A stretch of 18,379 nucleotides of DNA from Pseudomonadota bacterium (GTDB taxonomy: Bacteria; Bdellovibrionota_B; Oligoflexia; Oligoflexales; CAIYRB01). Below are positions 14,819 through 18,379 of the stretch, piece by piece; the first letter of the stretch is position 1, and every line of letters starts with the position of its first letter. The stretch covers positions 1-18,379 of the forward strand of contig JANOTL010000079.1 in NCBI GenBank assembly GCA_031416315.1. Reading direction: 5' to 3'. The position numbers were made by a program, and so were the translations under genes. The notes beneath the pieces were generated by a model. The model did no database searches. It saw only the letters and a list, made by a program, of their open reading frames with translations, and was not told where the DNA came from.

Positions 14819-16366
14819 TCAGACCCCAGTCAGCAGCCCCGCAAAATGCTTCGCACAAAGCTCCGCCGCCGCCGCCTTGCCATCCAGCTTCCCGCACTGC
14901 GCCACGTAACCCTCGACCAGCTTCCGCAGCTCCTGATCCTTGCCGACGAAAGGCCGTACGCTCTCGGCGACCCGCTTCGCCCGCGCGGCGTTGCGTCCGG
15001 AGAAGCCGTCCGGTAGGGCCAATGCCGTCGAGTAATAGTCTTTGACCAACTCGCGCATCCGCGCGTCCTGCGTCGGCGTCTTCACCTTCGAAGACAGCAC
15101 CAGATCCTCGACGATCCATTGCACGCGCGTCGCGCGCCCGATCGCCGACTTCCGCGCTTTCTCCGCCCAGCCCAAGGCGTAGACCTCGCGGCCCGCGGCC
15201 TTCTCCACGCCCGCATAAGTCGACTCGTAGTACCAGGGCGTGTCCGTCGTCTTCAGCTCTTTCTCGAGGAGCGCCCGCGCGCCGTCGAAATCACCGATCT
15301 CCTGCAGCAGCCAAGCCGCGGTCGGAATGGTTGCCTTGCGCTCGTACGCCGTCTTCGCGTCCGCGTCGGCCTTGGCCGCAGCCTTCTGGACCTTGGCGAC
15401 GAGCTCCGCCGGCGCCTTCGCCTTGTCTTTGGCTCGAAGCTTGAACAAGAAGATCGCAGGTCCCACGGCCGACAGGCGCGCGTCGATCGACAAGCTCGGA
15501 TCCGTCTCCAGCGTCGAGGCGGCCTTAATCCAGCGCTCAGCCAGCGCGTCGCGAGCTTCGCCTGCGGTCGGCTCGACCCAAGCGACCGTCTGATCGGCCG
15601 CGTTGGCGACGAAGAGGCGCGCGGCGCGCACCGACTTGTCGTTGATCAGGACGGCTTCGAGTAAGCCCTTCGCTTCCTTCTTCACGTCATCGGCCGCGAT
15701 CTTCCGCGCCGGTTCGTCGCCGGCGCCGGCCGCGGCCTCGAGCGCCGCGGCGGCGAGCAGGGCCTTCGCTTCGACCATTTCCGCCGGTGCGAGCTTCGCC
15801 AACTGCGTCAGGCTGGTGATGCCACCGTCGGGCTTGTTGTCGAAGACGTGGCTCTGGCTCCAGCTCACATAGGCCAGCATGCGCCAATCGTCCGTCGTCG
15901 CCTTGCCCTCCGCCGCTCGCGCGATCACGCGCTGCAGATCGCCGCCCGCCGCGAGGCCTGCCGTGAGCGCCGTCTCGAACTCCTCCATCGTCATCGCCAA
16001 CGTGAAGCGCATCGATTCCTGCGCCTCGGCGTTGTACAGGACGACGGTCGGGTAGCCCGTGACCGCGAGTTTCTCCGACCAAATCTGGGCGTCCTCGGTG
16101 TCGCCGTCCAGGTAGACCGGGATCATCGGCTGCATCAACTCGGCGAAGCGCGGCTTCGAGAAGACTTGGGCCTTCAAGTCGTTGCACGGGGGACACCACA
16201 CGGCGCTCCAAACGAGGAGAACAGGCTTTTTCTCTGCTTTCGCCTTGGCAAAGGCAGCCTCGGCTTTACCATTGAACCACACGGCCTCGGTCGCCGCGGC
16301 GAGCGTCGTTTCAGAGGCCAAGAGCGCGCCAACCGCCAGCACCAGCTTTTGCATCGTCCGAGCCAT
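14819..16366 (-). CDS. Exported thioredoxin-fold protein (WCPPC) with long helical, TPR-like C-terminus
   Basis: KPVLLVWSAVWCPPC, YLDGD, cis-Pro loop GYPTVV; signal peptide; AAGGAG RBS supports ATG 16366 rather than 16393. Confidence 0.88.
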   Translation of the reverse strand: MARTMQKLVLAVGALLASETTLAAATEAVWFNGKAEAAFAKAKAEKKPVLLVWSAVWCPPCNDLKAQVFSKPRFAELMQPMIPVYLDGDTEDAQIWSEKLAVTGYPTVVLYNAEAQESMRFTLAMTMEEFETALTAGLAAGGDLQRVIARAAEGKATTDDWRMLAYVSWSQSHVFDNKPDGGITSLTQLAKLAPAEMVEAKALLAAAALEAAAGAGDEPARKIAADDVKKEAKGLLEAVLINDKSVRAARLFVANAADQTVAWVEPTAGEARDALAERWIKAASTLETDPSLSIDARLSAVGPAIFLFKLRAKDKAKAPAELVAKVQKAAAKADADAKTAYERKATIPTAAWLLQEIGDFDGARALLEKELKTTDTPWYYESTYAGVEKAAGREVYALGWAEKARKSAIGRATRVQWIVEDLVLSSKVKTPTQDARMRELVKDYYSTALALPDGFSGRNAARAKRVAESVRPFVGKDQELRKLVEGYVAQCGKLDGKAAAAELCAKHFAGLLTGV

Positions 16367-16400
16367 CCCGATCTCCTTGCGACGTGTGACCACGAAAGCA

Positions 16401-16424
16401 ACGCGCGCCGGAGGCGGCGCGCGT
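16401..16424. other. Perfect 10-bp-stem hairpin between the protease and thioredoxin genes
   Basis: ACGCGCGCCG-GAGG-CGGCGCGCGT. A second hairpin GAGGCGA-N8-TCGCCTC lies at 16449-16470. Confidence 0.5.
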
Positions 16425-16468
16425 CGATCTTGCTAAACTTTCCGCCACGAGGCGACGGTCATCTCGCC

Positions 16469-17779
16469 TCAGTCGGCGAAAACCTTGGCCTTGAGGGTCA
16501 CGGCGGTGATTTTGCCGGCGTCGGTCGCGGCAAGGTCCCTTGCGGTGAGCTTCCAAGTGCCGACGGCGTCCTTGCCACGCAGCGCCACGAGTCCCGGAAT
16601 GCTCAGACCGTCGTCGCCGAAAGTGACGTCGAGGTTCTGCGCGTTGCCGCCCGTCTGGTCCTGGAGGACGACGCGGGTGCCGTCGGGATGGACGAGGACG
16701 AGTTCGAGGTCGCCGACATACTCGTGAGCCACTTTGACGTGGACTGAGACGCCCGCGAGCTTGCCGTTCTCACCGGAGACCTCGAGGGCGACCGAAGCGC
16801 CGGTCTGGTCGCCGTCGGGTATGGCGACGTCGAGGTTCTGCTCGTCGACGGTGAGCTCACGCGTCGGGCGCTGCGGCTCATCGGGATCGGTGACGAAGGG
16901 CGCGAACTCGGTCGAGCGGGTCACGTCCTCGCCGCGGCAGGCGTCGTTGGTGCAGACGTTCGAGACGCGGCAACCGTTGCGCTCGACGAAATCCTCTTCG
17001 CCGCGCACGAGGATGCCCTCGACTTCGAACGTCTCGGCATTGAGGACCGCCGAGCCGGAGTTGCCGCCGTAAGTGTCGAGGTTGGCTACGAAGAAGGCGC
17101 CCTCAACGTTGGTGCGGACGTTCGCGCCGGCGGCGACTTTGGTCGGCAGGCCGGCCGGGTGACCGATGACCGCGATAGCCTCGCGGTCGTCGATCTTGCC
17201 TGCGCGGCGGAACTTCAGCGGCGTGCGGCCCGTCACCTTACGGTCGAGCTGAACGACGGCGAAGTCGGATTGGGACGTTTCGCCGAGGCTGCGCGAGATC
17301 AAGCGCTTGCAACTGTAGACGTCACGATTCGCCACGCGCGTCGGGTCTTTGCCGGCGATGTCGACGTTGAAGTCAAAGACGAATGCGATGCTTTCGCAGT
17401 CGGCCTGCGTCTCCATGCAGTGGCCGGCGGTGACGAAGAGGTCCTCGCCGACGAGGAAACCGGAGCAGAAGGCCGGGTTCGGCTGCTCGCGAAAGGGCTC
17501 GCTCGCGCAAAGGTTGAGCGCTTCGCCGTACGTTTCGCCCGGAAGCTTGCTGAAGGTGCCGTCGGCCGGGTCGACGCCGATGTCGGATTTCTTGAGCAGG
17601 GCGCCGGTGGAGCGGGCCGCTTCTCTCAGCTGAGGACTCACGGCGGACTCGTAGAGGTCGTGGCGATCGTCTTCGCCGTAGATGACCTCGGGCATGACGG
17701 CCAGGGCGCGCGCCGCCGAGCAGGCCGCGAGCAGTGCGGCCGCGGTGAGGCCGAGCGTGGTGTGGTTCCGGTTTCTCAT
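16469..17779 (-). CDS. Secreted trypsin-like (S1) serine protease with C-terminal proprotein-convertase P-domain
   Basis: Catalytic triad TAGHC, DFAVV, GGNSGS; mature N-terminus-like VIYGEDDR; P-domain AIPD...VAHEYVGDLELVLVHPDG...GTWKL. Confidence 0.93.
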   Translation of the reverse strand: MRNRNHTTLGLTAAALLAACSAARALAVMPEVIYGEDDRHDLYESAVSPQLREAARSTGALLKKSDIGVDPADGTFSKLPGETYGEALNLCASEPFREQPNPAFCSGFLVGEDLFVTAGHCMETQADCESIAFVFDFNVDIAGKDPTRVANRDVYSCKRLISRSLGETSQSDFAVVQLDRKVTGRTPLKFRRAGKIDDREAIAVIGHPAGLPTKVAAGANVRTNVEGAFFVANLDTYGGNSGSAVLNAETFEVEGILVRGEEDFVERNGCRVSNVCTNDACRGEDVTRSTEFAPFVTDPDEPQRPTRELTVDEQNLDVAIPDGDQTGASVALEVSGENGKLAGVSVHVKVAHEYVGDLELVLVHPDGTRVVLQDQTGGNAQNLDVTFGDDGLSIPGLVALRGKDAVGTWKLTARDLAATDAGKITAVTLKAKVFAD

Positions 17780-17927
17780 CTGGATCCCCTTCCCGAATGC
17801 GCTGATTTGCTTGGTTCGGACTTACCCCCTGGTTGGCCGACCGGTCAACGGTTTCTTGATAAAACCCTAAGAAGCTCTTGTTGGTCCAAATAATTTCAGC
17901 GTGTTGTTAGACACTTGCCAGGCTTGG

Positions 17928-17955
17928 TCAAGTCCTGGGCGAATCCAGACGATGA
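17928..17955 (+). promoter_or_regulatory. sigma28/FliA-like promoter of the terminal lipoprotein gene
   Basis: TCAA-N16-GACGATGA, with the same spacing as the other three copies. Confidence 0.5.
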
Positions 17956-17995
17956 GTGGGACGTTGCTATGCGTTTTCGTCATCAGGGGATCCCC

Positions 17996-18379
17996 ATGCG
18001 TCGGACCTTCCTCATCCTTATGAGCGTCTTCACGGTTGCGGGTCTCACTCCGTCCTGCAGCGACGAGGCGGCCGAATCCGGCGCGAAAGCGAAGAAGAAA
18101 GACAAAGGCTCGGAAGAGAAAGAGGCCGACGACGACGACGACGACGCCAAAGACAAGAAGAGCACGAACGGCGCCAAGGCTTCCACGGGCCAGTCGACCC
18201 CCGCTGATTGCGCGGCGGCGTCTGGTACCGGCGCAACGGCCGCCACCGGCTCTTCGGGCGCGGCGGCTTCCACCGGTGCCTCCGCCGCGACGGGCGCCGC
18301 GGCTTCGACCGGGGATGCGGCCGGGCTCGCCCTCGCCGAAGGTCCGGCCTACGACACGATCTCGACCATCATCGACACC
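17996..18379 (+). CDS. Probable lipoprotein, partial (runs off the window end)
   Basis: Absent from the ORF track because it has no stop. AGGGGA RBS, then MRRTFLILMSVFTVAGLTPS-C, a K/D/E-rich segment and an A/S/T/G low-complexity linker; frame open to the window end. Confidence 0.85.
   Translation, partial: MRRTFLILMSVFTVAGLTPSCSDEAAESGAKAKKKDKGSEEKEADDDDDDAKDKKSTNGAKASTGQSTPADCAAASGTGATAATGSSGAAASTGASAATGAAASTGDAAGLALAEGPAYDTISTIIDT

Noticed and set aside
14178..15119. 313-aa minus-strand ORF spanning the REP-like element
   Set aside because: Overlaps two better-supported genes and has no recognisable protein features.
17780..17870. FliA-like promoter for the protease gene
   Set aside because: TCAAG and TCCGAACC are present on the minus strand but not at the 16-nt spacing seen in the other four copies.

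Overview
GC-rich bacterial window with 15 credible CDSs, the last truncated by the window edge. The gene repertoire suggests a predatory or deltaproteobacteria-like lineage such as Oligoflexia/Bdellovibrionota or Myxococcota; this is inference only. Left part: a signalling cluster (STAS-zinc-ribbon gene coupled to a membrane PilZ gene, an orphan lipoprotein, a CHASE2-PP2C phosphatase), then folK. Middle: a tightly coupled + strand unit of secreted LRR protein, NDH-like flavoprotein::SelD fusion, JmjC/RoxA-like hydroxylase and a His-motif membrane protein. Right part: secreted-protein genes (DUF4360, an unknown protein, a WCPPC thioredoxin-fold protein, a trypsin-P-domain protease, a lipoprotein). 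Non-coding signals: one sigma28/FliA-like promoter (WCAR-N16-GMCGAW) before four transcription units, two sigma70-like promoters, a 9-bp-periodic REP-like palindrome, a four-copy AGGGAAC cluster, and tandem hairpin repeats with a possible IS/MITE end at the far left. No rRNA, tRNA or CRISPR array was seen. The best candidates for new biology are the SelD-fusion operon lacking a known selenium-utilisation partner in the window, and the FliA-linked STAS/PilZ/PP2C module.
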